IMG/VR virus record: IMGVR_UViG_3300021185_002316
Reading direction: 5' to 3' (one strand)
Source: an uncultured virus (IMG/VR IMGVR_UViG_3300021185_002316)
Lineage: Duplodnaviria; Heunggongvirae; Uroviricota; Caudoviricetes
Length of the DNA: 64,000 nt
Position 1 is the stretch's first letter, and every line of letters begins with the position of its first letter. A model generated the notes under the pieces. It was given only the letters and a program-made list of their open reading frames with translations. It searched no databases and was not told the origin of the DNA. The translations under genes and the position numbers were made by a program. Below, in pieces: positions 1-9,685 of this stretch.

Positions 1-1
1 T

Positions 2-3000
2 TATAATCCTATACAATTTTCTTTAAATACATATAATTGTGTTGGAAACAACGCATCCGTCTTTGTAGGTCCTGCGCTTCTTGATGGAGTTTATTATGGA
101 GTATTACCTTCTTTCGATGATAGTACTGTCCAAGTAAATAATATAATAGTTCGCGCATATCCAGATAAAGGGACTACGGGTCAGTTTGAACCAGACTTAG
201 ATAGTACTTTATTTACACCGCTTACCCCAACTTGGGAGCAGTTAACTAATGTAAACGGAACTGAAATAGGAATTGAAGTACCGATTTACGATGTAGGAAC
301 AACGACGTTAGCCACATTTATAATCATAACTTTTGATTATACTAATGTTGCTCAATCTACTGAAACTGAGAATTCAGGTCATAGTTGTACATACTCTTCC
401 TCATTAATTTTTGATAACGCTTGTTTGAGTACACAGGGGTGTTTAGATAATGGGTATTTACCTAGTAATGCATCTGAAACTCCAGGGTTCCCTACAGTAG
501 GGTTTAATCCATCTTCAAGTATTCATGTAGATAGTACAGCTAATTGTAATGTCCCTTATGTATTAGGGTGCATGGATGAGTATTATGCTAAACCTGACGG
601 AGCAGGACGAAGTTTATTAGGAACTTCAAGTGCTCCTGCTATTACGGGGACCTTATCTTTTAATTATAATACTAACCCTTCAGGTACTGATATAAGAGGA
701 GTTGCTTATGACGGATGGAGTACGGCAGCTACAATTAACATGTTTGATAATACTAATGCTGCTAATACAAATCCAGGTGCATTAATAGCAGAGTTTCATC
801 CTTTATATGATGCAAGTTTAGCAACGACAGAAAATCAAGATCCTAATGTTGGGGCAGGTCCTGCTGAAGAATCTTTTAATGGAGCTTACTATGGGTGTTT
901 CCCTGTTGTCACTGGATGCTTAACAGCAAGTGGTCAGTTTAATAAAAATAACTTTTACCATGCTGGTAATATACACCCAATAACAGGAGTTGCTTATAGT
1001 GCAACTGCAGGTAACGCTGGTAACATAGCTGGATTAACATTTGGAGCTAACGAGCCTCAAGACCCAACTATAAACCCTTTAACTTTAGTACCTTATACTG
1101 CTGAAGAAATTAGACAAAATCTTCCGTATTTCTTTAATGTAAATACTCAATCTAATGATGCAGCAACAAATTGTTATAGCAACATATCAGGCTGCACGGA
1201 TCCAACTGCAGCTAATTTTGTTGCGCTTACAAATGATGTAGACGTAGATGTAAATACAGACAACGGTTCTTGTTGTTATGATGAAACAGATATAACAGGC
1301 TTAGGTATTGCGCTTGCTGATAATTTTTATAGTATTCTATATCAAATAGGTAACGATACTCTTCCAAATGGGGGGTATTATAATGACGAACTTACAGAGT
1401 CAACTTTAGACTTTACTCACGCGTCTTGGAGTAACATTACTTATCCATCAGATAGTAGTGCTATGCCTGCAGCAGTAAATGCAACTACATTAACTTCATC
1501 TACTTACACAGGAGATGCAATAATTTGGAGATTAGATAGTAGTGTAGTCGGAAGTGCGTTAACTACGGTAGATAACAGTATAATAAATATAACAAATCTT
1601 AAACTAGCTTTAACTTCTACGCAAAAGTTTAACGTAAAGGTAGTTGCACTTAATAAAGATTTTGTGATTAATAATATTGCAACTAGAGCTGAGTTTGTAG
1701 AATCTCTTGAAAATCCTAATAACAATATTTCTAGACTTATATCTAGCCAAAATTACGAGTCAGGCGCTGTGAATCTTAATTTTGACTCTGCTAACGATTT
1801 GTCTATAGGAACTTTATATAAAGATTTAGTTCTCATTATAACGCATATAAACGAAGACAGTGTAAATTCAAGCGATATTTCTTTTTTAAAGTTTACGATC
1901 GGTAAACGTACTCACGCTGCATTAAGTCTTTCGGCGGGGCTTGTTAATCTGCTAGATGATCTTGCTAACTTTCCTAGTACACTATCTGGTTATACTGCAA
2001 CGGTAAAGAATAGTTTAGGAGCTACAATATCTACTGTAACAGAAAATACTGCTACCCAAAATTTAGGTATTGTTTTACCTATTTATAAATATGATACATC
2101 CGCAGCTAATGCAAACGCTTACGGTGCTTACGATCCAACATACTCGAACCTTAGCACTCACAGTAATGCAACTAATTTTGTAGATCCTAATTTAGGTACA
2201 GAAGTACATTTTAGTTTAAATTACCTTGCTGTAGATGGTTCTACAGTTTGTACTGGAGCTTCTACAGGAATTGAGTTTAATTTTCCGATTGACTTTACAA
2301 ATACATCAATTAATTACGGATGTTCTAATAATACTTATTTACAATATTACCTTAATAATTATTTAGGTAACACATCAGCTATAACTAATTACACTTATAC
2401 TGCTGGAATTGGAGGATCTGTAACTATACCAAATGGAGATTGTCAAAATACGGCGTCTGCAGGATGTACAGATGATAATTATTTAGGAGCATACCCAGAT
2501 AAAGAACAGATAGGAACTGTTTCTTTAGATGCTAATAATGAAATAAGTCAAATTACTACACCATTTATTCTTAATCAATTTGGATACTTGGGTGTTGCTG
2601 GATTTAATAGTCCAACTTATACTGGATCTTCTTTCCCTAACGTAGCAGTAAATATTTCAAATAGTTCGCAATGTGGGGACGAGATTATTTTTGGATGTTT
2701 AATTGATACTTTTGCTGAGTACTGGGGAGCAACTACAATTTCTGGATCGCACACGCTTTATGGAGTCAATGAAAGCCAAGGTAATTTTACAGGAGAAGCA
2801 GGAACTTCTAATCTTTCTTTTGCAAATGTTTCTGAAGTTCATAATGTACCTGGATATGCAGACCACGCTTTATTAGCTGGTTGTGGTGATGCAACAGTAG
2901 CTGTAATAGGGTGTGCAACAGAAAATCAATCAGTTACTGCAGTTGTACCAGACAGTGGTACGACAACAAGTGGAAGTGCAGGAACTTCAGTAATAGGTGT

Positions 3001-5272
3001 TAATAGTAATGTGATATTCACAAGCACTACTACTACTTCAAATGTTTCTTATGGTACTTATGATTCTAACGTTAATGTTATTGGTTTAAATGCTTGTGGA
3101 GGAATTGGTGGATGTACAGACTTTGGTTATTTAGAATATTACTCTACACCTGTAGCTACTATTTCAGACACCGAAGTTGTTACTCCAATTAGTGAGTGTG
3201 AAACTCCTGTTATTGTAGGGTGTACTGATAACGCTTACGTTGGATACGATGCAACTGCAACAATACATGATGGATCTTTTTGCGGTAACCCAATTGTTGA
3301 CGGATGTACCGATTCTTCTTATTGTGAATATTATACAGAAGCACAAACACTTTACAATGTACATACCGGTGAAACAACTATAGTGTACCCTAACAATGAT
3401 ACAGGCTCGTGTAGCAGTGTACAAGGTTGTATGAATCCTAACTATTTAGAAGCTTACGGGGAAAATTACAATAGTGCATTATTAGCAAACATTCATGAGT
3501 ATGAAATAACTGGTCCGATAGTTTCAGAATGTAATAGTTTAACTGGTCAATACTCTTTAGATGAATATACTGCAGCAAACCCTGGGTTATCTCAAACACA
3601 AATAAACAATAACTATTATAATGATGGGTGTAGCATTCCTATGGTGATTGGTTGTACAGATCCAAATGCTGTAAATTATAACTCATTAGCAAATGTATCG
3701 TCTATTAATGCTGAGGGAGTTGTAAATGCTTCTTGTATAGCTAAAACTGAAGGATGTACAGATTCAACAGCATTTAATTACGACTCTGAAGCCACTTTTG
3801 ATGATGGTAGTTGTATAACTCTTGTCGAAGGGTGTACAGATAATACTGCTTTTAATTACAATTCAAATGCAAACACTAATGACGGATCTTGTATTCCTGT
3901 AATAGAAGGTTGTATTACAGACACTTTTATTTTAAACAATACTACGTATACTACAGCAGCTACATCGTTAGAAGCAGAGTATGATCCAATAACAAATACG
4001 GATATAACTGCTGCAAATACTCATTCATCTGCATTGTGTTTCCCAGAAATACTTGGGTGTACAGATGAAACAGCTGTAAACTTTAATAACTACATTACAG
4101 AGACTCCAAATATAGGGCAAGCTTTTGTGACTGATCTTAACGCAGCCTTTACAAATGTAAATACAGACGACGGATCATGCCTTGCTTCTGTAGTAGGTTG
4201 TATGGATCCTTGCGCAAATAATTACGAGTCTAACGCTACCGTATCTGGTAGTTGTACTTACACCCCAGGATGTACTGATGCTAACGCAATAAACTACAAT
4301 CCTGAAGCTAATCAGCTTGATACTACGTGTACGTACTGCGAAGACTGGTCTTTAGTACGTGCCGATTCTTCTTATGTTACAGTTGTAGATAACACTTATT
4401 TTATAAATAATGTGAGTTCTTCTGATGGTAGCATAACAATAAATCCAGTATCTGCGAATGGAGTTACAAATAATTATGTAATTAAATGGACAGGTGTTGC
4501 AAATGACGGAAGCGTTGTAGATATTGCTGACAATACTACTACAGTAACAGGGTTAGCTCCAGGAGAGTATACGTTTACTATATATACTGATAATCCTGCT
4601 TGCGCTCCTAGCCCAACAGTTCCTGTATCTAATGTAGTTAACACTCACATACATCAAACAGATTTATCGTGTGCGTATAATACAGAAGACACTGAGTCTT
4701 ACTCAACTTTACCGTTAGCTATTAGTAGTACAGTAACAGTAGGTACGGATAATTATGGGTGTACAGATAGTGAAGGATATGAGCCAGGATCTTATAGTCC
4801 GGCAGGAGAGTTAACTATACATGCTTTGGGAGGTATTAATAATACGTATGCACCAAGCACAGAAGAGATTCAGTTGCCAACAAATCCTGCTATCAACTAT
4901 GATGGTACAGCAGGTATAGATGATGATTCATGTAATTATTCAGGATGTACTGACCCAGACGCTTTAAATTATGATAGTTTAGCTAATGTTAATGACAATT
5001 CTTGTCAGTACATTGTAGGGTGTACTGCAGTGTCTGCGTGTAATTATCATCCAGCAGCTGTTCTTGCAGGACCTTGTGAATATGCAGCTGTATTTAGAAA
5101 CTGCTTAGGAGAGTGTGTAGACCCAGATACTGGAGTTAGTTTAGCTACAGCCGATAATCCATTAGGAGAGTCTGAGACCAACCCAGGTTTATGTCCAAAC
5201 CAAGTATTAGGTATATGTTTAGACCCAACAGCAATTAACTTTACACCTATCGGTGATAACATAATAATATAA
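2..5272 (+). CDS. Giant Cys-rich repeat protein (GC-T/M-D-x-x-A-x-N-Y/F...DDGSC repeats), probable fibre or surface virion protein; 5'-truncated
   Basis: The frame is open from position 2 (YNPIQFSLNTYNCVGNN...), so the TTG at 425 is not the true start. Many GCTD-type units and one SprB-like repeat near 4424-4603. Confidence 0.75.
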   Translation, partial: YNPIQFSLNTYNCVGNNASVFVGPALLDGVYYGVLPSFDDSTVQVNNIIVRAYPDKGTTGQFEPDLDSTLFTPLTPTWEQLTNVNGTEIGIEVPIYDVGTTTLATFIIITFDYTNVAQSTETENSGHSCTYSSSLIFDNACLSTQGCLDNGYLPSNASETPGFPTVGFNPSSSIHVDSTANCNVPYVLGCMDEYYAKPDGAGRSLLGTSSAPAITGTLSFNYNTNPSGTDIRGVAYDGWSTAATINMFDNTNAANTNPGALIAEFHPLYDASLATTENQDPNVGAGPAEESFNGAYYGCFPVVTGCLTASGQFNKNNFYHAGNIHPITGVAYSATAGNAGNIAGLTFGANEPQDPTINPLTLVPYTAEEIRQNLPYFFNVNTQSNDAATNCYSNISGCTDPTAANFVALTNDVDVDVNTDNGSCCYDETDITGLGIALADNFYSILYQIGNDTLPNGGYYNDELTESTLDFTHASWSNITYPSDSSAMPAAVNATTLTSSTYTGDAIIWRLDSSVVGSALTTVDNSIINITNLKLALTSTQKFNVKVVALNKDFVINNIATRAEFVESLENPNNNISRLISSQNYESGAVNLNFDSANDLSIGTLYKDLVLIITHINEDSVNSSDISFLKFTIGKRTHAALSLSAGLVNLLDDLANFPSTLSGYTATVKNSLGATISTVTENTATQNLGIVLPIYKYDTSAANANAYGAYDPTYSNLSTHSNATNFVDPNLGTEVHFSLNYLAVDGSTVCTGASTGIEFNFPIDFTNTSINYGCSNNTYLQYYLNNYLGNTSAITNYTYTAGIGGSVTIPNGDCQNTASAGCTDDNYLGAYPDKEQIGTVSLDANNEISQITTPFILNQFGYLGVAGFNSPTYTGSSFPNVAVNISNSSQCGDEIIFGCLIDTFAEYWGATTISGSHTLYGVNESQGNFTGEAGTSNLSFANVSEVHNVPGYADHALLAGCGDATVAVIGCATENQSVTAVVPDSGTTTSGSAGTSVIGVNSNVIFTSTTTTSNVSYGTYDSNVNVIGLNACGGIGGCTDFGYLEYYSTPVATISDTEVVTPISECETPVIVGCTDNAYVGYDATATIHDGSFCGNPIVDGCTDSSYCEYYTEAQTLYNVHTGETTIVYPNNDTGSCSSVQGCMNPNYLEAYGENYNSALLANIHEYEITGPIVSECNSLTGQYSLDEYTAANPGLSQTQINNNYYNDGCSIPMVIGCTDPNAVNYNSLANVSSINAEGVVNASCIAKTEGCTDSTAFNYDSEATFDDGSCITLVEGCTDNTAFNYNSNANTNDGSCIPVIEGCITDTFILNNTTYTTAATSLEAEYDPITNTDITAANTHSSALCFPEILGCTDETAVNFNNYITETPNIGQAFVTDLNAAFTNVNTDDGSCLASVVGCMDPCANNYESNATVSGSCTYTPGCTDANAINYNPEANQLDTTCTYCEDWSLVRADSSYVTVVDNTYFINNVSSSDGSITINPVSANGVTNNYVIKWTGVANDGSVVDIADNTTTVTGLAPGEYTFTIYTDNPACAPSPTVPVSNVVNTHIHQTDLSCAYNTEDTESYSTLPLAISSTVTVGTDNYGCTDSEGYEPGSYSPAGELTIHALGGINNTYAPSTEEIQLPTNPAINYDGTAGIDDDSCNYSGCTDPDALNYDSLANVNDNSCQYIVGCTAVSACNYHPAAVLAGPCEYAAVFRNCLGECVDPDTGVSLATADNPLGESETNPGLCPNQVLGICLDPTAINFTPIGDNIII

Positions 5273-5273
5273 G

Positions 5274-5777
5274 ATGGTAGAAAATTATAGAAAAATAGCT
5301 CCAGGAGCAAATACTCAAAGTAGAGTGTTTGCCTTGCCCTTAGCAGTAGAAGATGATGGATCATGTATATATTACAGCGAATGTGTTCCTGAAGATATTT
5401 TTGATATATGGGATGCGCTTGCGGATACAATTGTTGATCGATCTAAAAACGTTTTAACAACTATGCGTACTGGAATGCTTAACGAAGATGACGTAGCTAT
5501 ATTATGGACCTTGATGTTAATTGATAGAGTAATTAGAAAGCGCGGGTTGGAATCTTTATTTAACTGTAAAGACTATTTAAACTTAGGAGTTGTTGAATAT
5601 TCAGAAGGCGTAGATGGTATTAATTATTTTGATAAATTTCTTACCTTTGCTTTTAAGTATGGTGATGAGCATTTTACAGGAATTGAGAGTAACAGACGTC
5701 AAAGGATTGCTGAGACAAATCGAAAAAGTAAAAGTAGAGCATCTAAAAATAAATCATACGCATACATTAATAAATAA
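5274..5777 (+). CDS. Hypothetical protein; possibly the frameshifted C-terminus of the upstream giant protein
   Basis: 167-aa ORF containing EDDGSCIY, which completes the repeat unit begun at the end of the previous ORF. Confidence 0.6.
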   Translation: MVENYRKIAPGANTQSRVFALPLAVEDDGSCIYYSECVPEDIFDIWDALADTIVDRSKNVLTTMRTGMLNEDDVAILWTLMLIDRVIRKRGLESLFNCKDYLNLGVVEYSEGVDGINYFDKFLTFAFKYGDEHFTGIESNRRQRIAETNRKSKSRASKNKSYAYINK

Positions 5778-5786
5778 ACCAAAATT

Positions 5787-6209
5787 ATGGCAAAGATTAC
5801 ATTAACTAAAAAACGCGGTGAATTTTTAACTTCACTAAAAGGATTGTTTTCAGTACTACACATTAAAGGTAAAACTTTTAGTTTAGCTGTAACTCACAAC
5901 ATTCTTGTATTAAAAGAAGCTTTAGCTGGTTATCTATTTGATAATCCATCTGAAGATTATAAAGTTCTTTTAATGGAATTTAAATCAATTGTTGATTCTG
6001 GGGCGGAAGATACAGAAGCTCAAGTGCAAGCAATTAAAGATAATAATCCAGAGATTATGGCTGCAAGAGAAGAACAGATTCAACAACTTAAGCAAGATCT
6101 AGAAGTAGAGCTTACTATTGAATTTGAAGCTATCTCACAAGATGTACTAACAGAAGAGATCACTGCAGAAAAATTATTAAGTATACAAGAATTTATTTTA
6201 GAAGAATAA
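5787..6209 (+). CDS. Hypothetical helical protein (possible fibre chaperone)
   Basis: 140-aa ORF in the tightly packed operon; helical and acidic; function inferred from position only. Confidence 0.6.
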   Translation: MAKITLTKKRGEFLTSLKGLFSVLHIKGKTFSLAVTHNILVLKEALAGYLFDNPSEDYKVLLMEFKSIVDSGAEDTEAQVQAIKDNNPEIMAAREEQIQQLKQDLEVELTIEFEAISQDVLTEEITAEKLLSIQEFILEE

Positions 6210-6210
6210 A

Positions 6211-7653
6211 ATGGCAACGAGAGTAGCAAAAGCATTAGTTGAGTATGGAACACCCTTAGAAATAAGTAGTGTGTCTGAAAAATTGCAGCAAATAGACTTT
6301 ATAAGTTTTACATCTACTGCAGATGATTCTCCTGTAACAGTTGATATATTTTCTACGACTAGTGATACTTCTAATTTTCCTAACGAAGAAATACTTTTAC
6401 ATACTTTTAAAATCCCAACCCAATCTACTATAATTTTTAATAAAGACAATTTTCCTACAGGAGATGCTAACTCTTACAGTTTTGGTAATCATGCCGCAGA
6501 TAATCGATTATTTGTTAGAAATAATACAACACGTCGGTTAATTGTACATTATTCTGTAACAGATGTTGGGGTATCTGCAGATTACACAACGGAGCAATTA
6601 CAAGATATTGTAGGCGCTATGGTTGACGGGGGTACTGAAACTAACATTGCTGTAACATATGATGATACTAATGGTAAGTTAAACTTTGTATCCACAGATA
6701 ATGATACTGTACCAGACGCAACTAATGTAGCTGCAGCTGGCGCGTTGATGGATTCTGAAGTAACAAATTTAGCACAAGTTAAAGCTTTTGATTCATCAGA
6801 TTATGCAACTTCAGCACAAGGTACTAAAGCTGATACAGCTCATGGCTGGGGTGATCATGGTAGTGCTGGGTATAGCACAGCTACAGGTGTAGCAAATAAT
6901 GCAGAAGTTAACGTTAATGCTGATTGGAACTCGGCAAGTGGAGATAGTGAAATACTTAATAAACCTACAATACCTGCAGCATACACAGATGCAGCAGCAG
7001 TCAGCGCTGTAGCTACTGCTGATGACTATCTAAAGAATGATGCTAGTGATACGATGGCGGGAGCTCTCACACTAGAAGGTTCTGTATTTTTAGTAAGAGA
7101 TGATGGAACTAATACTACAAAATCTAAACTACAAAATAATGTTACTACTGTTAACCGTACTATAACCGTACCTGATGCAAGTGGTGTAATGGCCCTTACT
7201 TCAGACTTTCCGCCAGCAGCAGTTTCGACAGGAGCAATAAAGTGGCTGCAAGCTAAAGTAGTGCTTACAGAAGCTCAGTTAAATAGCATGCATAATACAG
7301 CTATAATGCTAATAGCTCACGCAGGGACTGACACTATTATAATGGTAGGAGACGCTATAGCTTTAATAGATAGAGATACTAGTACCGCACAAAGCGCTGC
7401 TGTAGATCTTTGTATTGGATACAATGGAACTACAGTATACTCTGAGTCAATCTTATATGAAAGAAGGTTTATGTATAATGAAAATGGAGATAGAACATGG
7501 TCATTAAAAGCTGATTATAGTGGGGAAGTTGGAGCAAGTTTAACTGCGGCTGTCGATAAAGATGTTACCGCAGCGTTTACTGGTGCGATAACTTCTGGGA
7601 GTTTAAACAGTATAACTTTATATATACAATATTATATAATAGATAATTCATAA
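6211..7653 (+). CDS. Tail fibre-like protein
   Basis: Ala/Thr/Asp-rich, with motifs typical of marine phage fibres: EQLQDIVGAM...IAVTYDD, ATNVAAAGALMDSEVTNLAQVKAFDSSDYAT, NVNADWN...ILNKPTIP, RTITVPDASG. Confidence 0.7.
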   Translation: MATRVAKALVEYGTPLEISSVSEKLQQIDFISFTSTADDSPVTVDIFSTTSDTSNFPNEEILLHTFKIPTQSTIIFNKDNFPTGDANSYSFGNHAADNRLFVRNNTTRRLIVHYSVTDVGVSADYTTEQLQDIVGAMVDGGTETNIAVTYDDTNGKLNFVSTDNDTVPDATNVAAAGALMDSEVTNLAQVKAFDSSDYATSAQGTKADTAHGWGDHGSAGYSTATGVANNAEVNVNADWNSASGDSEILNKPTIPAAYTDAAAVSAVATADDYLKNDASDTMAGALTLEGSVFLVRDDGTNTTKSKLQNNVTTVNRTITVPDASGVMALTSDFPPAAVSTGAIKWLQAKVVLTEAQLNSMHNTAIMLIAHAGTDTIIMVGDAIALIDRDTSTAQSAAVDLCIGYNGTTVYSESILYERRFMYNENGDRTWSLKADYSGEVGASLTAAVDKDVTAAFTGAITSGSLNSITLYIQYYIIDNS

Positions 7654-8135
7654 TGGCATTAAATAATAAAAAATATCAAGGTATATATACTAAAACAGGA
7701 GGTAGAGCAGATACAATTAGCGCTACTAAAATTGCACAAATGAAAGATTTGTGGGATAAAGATGTAGCATCTGGTAGAAATGTCGTAATGCTAGACGATC
7801 CACATTTAGGACCTATCTTATATCAATTGCAACAAATGCAAGACGAGTTTGACTCTTTAAGAGATCATCTTCTAAATGATGTTGTAGGGCAGCAAGGTGC
7901 TACAGGGCCTCAAGGTCCTACAGGATCAGCCGGTGCTGCAGGAGCAAAAGGAGATAAAGGAGATACAGGAAATACAGGTAATACTGGCGCAAGAGGATCC
8001 GCAGGTTCTACTGGGCCTGCTGGTCCTGCACAAACAGATCCATCACAATTAGATGGGTCTAGATTGCCTACAAGCTCTAAAGGTTTAGCTAAAGGCGCTT
8101 TGTGGAATGATAGAGGAATAATTAGAATAATGTAA
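7653..8135 (+). CDS. Collagen-like (G-X-Y) fibre protein
   Basis: About 16 consecutive G-X-Y triplets (GQQGATGPQGPTG...GPAGPA); C-terminal LPTS..GL..GALWND motif. Confidence 0.8.
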   Translation: MALNNKKYQGIYTKTGGRADTISATKIAQMKDLWDKDVASGRNVVMLDDPHLGPILYQLQQMQDEFDSLRDHLLNDVVGQQGATGPQGPTGSAGAAGAKGDKGDTGNTGNTGARGSAGSTGPAGPAQTDPSQLDGSRLPTSSKGLAKGALWNDRGIIRIM

Positions 8136-8136
8136 T

Positions 8137-8349
8137 ATGGAAATATTTAAAGATAATAATAATTGGAATGAAAAAGCAATAGTAGGGTTTGTAGCTTTTG
8201 CTATTATGTGCTTAATAATGATTGCAGACCTTGTAACAGGTTGGGTTGGAACTGACTTAGTTATAAACGAGTTTGTGTATGACTCATTTGTATGGGTTGT
8301 ACTTGGATCATTTGGAATTTCAGGAGTAGAAAAATTTGCAAAGAAATGA
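8137..8349 (+). CDS. Small 2-TM membrane protein (holin-like)
   Basis: 70 aa, two hydrophobic segments, basic C-terminus (EKFAKK). Confidence 0.6.
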   Translation: MEIFKDNNNWNEKAIVGFVAFAIMCLIMIADLVTGWVGTDLVINEFVYDSFVWVVLGSFGISGVEKFAKK

Positions 8350-9404
8350 AAAAATTAATATTTGTTTTATTAGTCTTTACATCTTTAACTGCTTCAGCTC
8401 AGTTAAACCTTTTAAGGTTTGCTACGTTTTACGCTAGCTACACTACTAACACTCCACAAATAGGTGCACCTAGTTTTATGGTTCAAGGTACAGAGCCTGA
8501 CAATCCTTACGACTTTGTACCTAACTTTGTAGATGGAGAGTTAATAGAGCTTACACCACAATACTCACCTAATGTTATTCTTACACTAGGTATACGAAAG
8601 ATAGCAAGATTTGACTATCAAATTAAACAAAACAACTTTTATACAGGTAACGAGCATCAGGCAACTGACTATGCTACTATATCTAACGCTCCTGGACTTG
8701 AGTATCTATTCCAGTATTCTTTTGTAAGAAACAATGGATTAGAAATAGCTCAACAAGAATACAATGTACGATACATATCTAACATGTATACAGCTAAAGC
8801 TAACTATGTTAATAATGAATTAATAGATTTAAAGTATTCTTTGGGCGAGGTTAGGTTACGCAAAAGTTTTGGTGGTTTAGACTTTACTTTTGGCGTAGCC
8901 CATCGTTCTCATCCTGTTTATGGATTTAATCCTATCGAAGATGTAGACATGGAATGGGAAGAGTTTGCTATAAGTCAAAAATACTTTAGGTTTAATGATG
9001 GTGTTTGGTTGAGATTTGATGAAGAAGCTGGAGAAATAGAATGGTTATCTTCTAGTGATAACGAGTTTTACAAATATCATTTTGGAGAGCTAGTTACTAA
9101 CTACAATGAAAGTGTGTTAAAAGATATAGGACTTCAGCAAGAAGTATCTGCAGTACTAGGATTAGATTATTATTTGTATAGAGATACGTACTGGCTGCAT
9201 GCTTGGGGATCTTTATATCCTTTACATAAAGGTTTAACAGATTTTTCTTATCAAAGAAGCGCGCAAGCAGAATGGGATACTGGTTTAATATTTGGAGTGA
9301 ATCTTAACAGACATCTTAGTTTGTTTGTTGAAGGTAAACACTTAAAGTTTTGGGGCGTACCATCTTATGAATTAAAAACAGGAATAAATTATTTAATATT
9401 TTAA
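8346..9404 (+). CDS. Exported protein, probable outer-membrane beta-barrel
   Basis: True start is probably the ATG at 8346 (ATGA overlap with the previous stop). Signal peptide MKKLIFVLLVFTSLTASA|Q, aromatic alternating beta-strands, and C-terminal beta-signal-like KTGINYLIF. Confidence 0.65.
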   Translation: MKKLIFVLLVFTSLTASAQLNLLRFATFYASYTTNTPQIGAPSFMVQGTEPDNPYDFVPNFVDGELIELTPQYSPNVILTLGIRKIARFDYQIKQNNFYTGNEHQATDYATISNAPGLEYLFQYSFVRNNGLEIAQQEYNVRYISNMYTAKANYVNNELIDLKYSLGEVRLRKSFGGLDFTFGVAHRSHPVYGFNPIEDVDMEWEEFAISQKYFRFNDGVWLRFDEEAGEIEWLSSSDNEFYKYHFGELVTNYNESVLKDIGLQQEVSAVLGLDYYLYRDTYWLHAWGSLYPLHKGLTDFSYQRSAQAEWDTGLIFGVNLNRHLSLFVEGKHLKFWGVPSYELKTGINYLIF

Positions 9405-9406
9405 CT

Positions 9407-9685
9407 ATGGCAAAAGAACTTAATGAGGATACAGCAGTACAGGTAAGTATAAAAACTTTAGCAAGTATCGCATTTTTAATAGCTACATTAGTCGGTATGT
9501 GGTTTACGCTTCAAGCAGATATAGCAGAAGCTAAGTTATTGCCTGAACCACAAGATCCTGAGATTACTCGTATGGAGTTTGATATGAAAGATCAGTTGAT
9601 TCGTCAAACTATTATGTCTACACAAGAAGATGTGACAGAAATAAAAGACGATCTAAAAGCAATTAAACAAAAATTGTATGAATAA
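9407..9685 (+). CDS. Single-TM coiled-coil membrane protein (paralog of 11053-11379)
   Basis: N-terminal TM ending GMWFTLQADI, then a coiled coil. Confidence 0.65.
   Translation: MAKELNEDTAVQVSIKTLASIAFLIATLVGMWFTLQADIAEAKLLPEPQDPEITRMEFDMKDQLIRQTIMSTQEDVTEIKDDLKAIKQKLYE

Noticed and set aside
425..427. TTG start of the first ORF as given in the track
   Set aside because: The frame is open from position 2 with the same composition, so the gene starts outside the window
3640..4320. Repeated DNA (ggatgtacaga...) as a CRISPR array or DGR template/variable repeats
   Set aside because: These are degenerate codon-level repeats of the GCTD protein motif; no constant repeat-spacer period, no cas genes and no reverse transcriptase
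5270..5290. Stop-codon readthrough at TAA 5270
   Set aside because: In-frame continuation hits TAG after five codons (DGRKL*); only a frame change restores the repeat
8292..8345. N-terminal extension MGCTWIIW... of the barrel ORF
   Set aside because: It overlaps the upstream gene; the ATG at 8346 gives a clean signal peptide and an ATGA overlap
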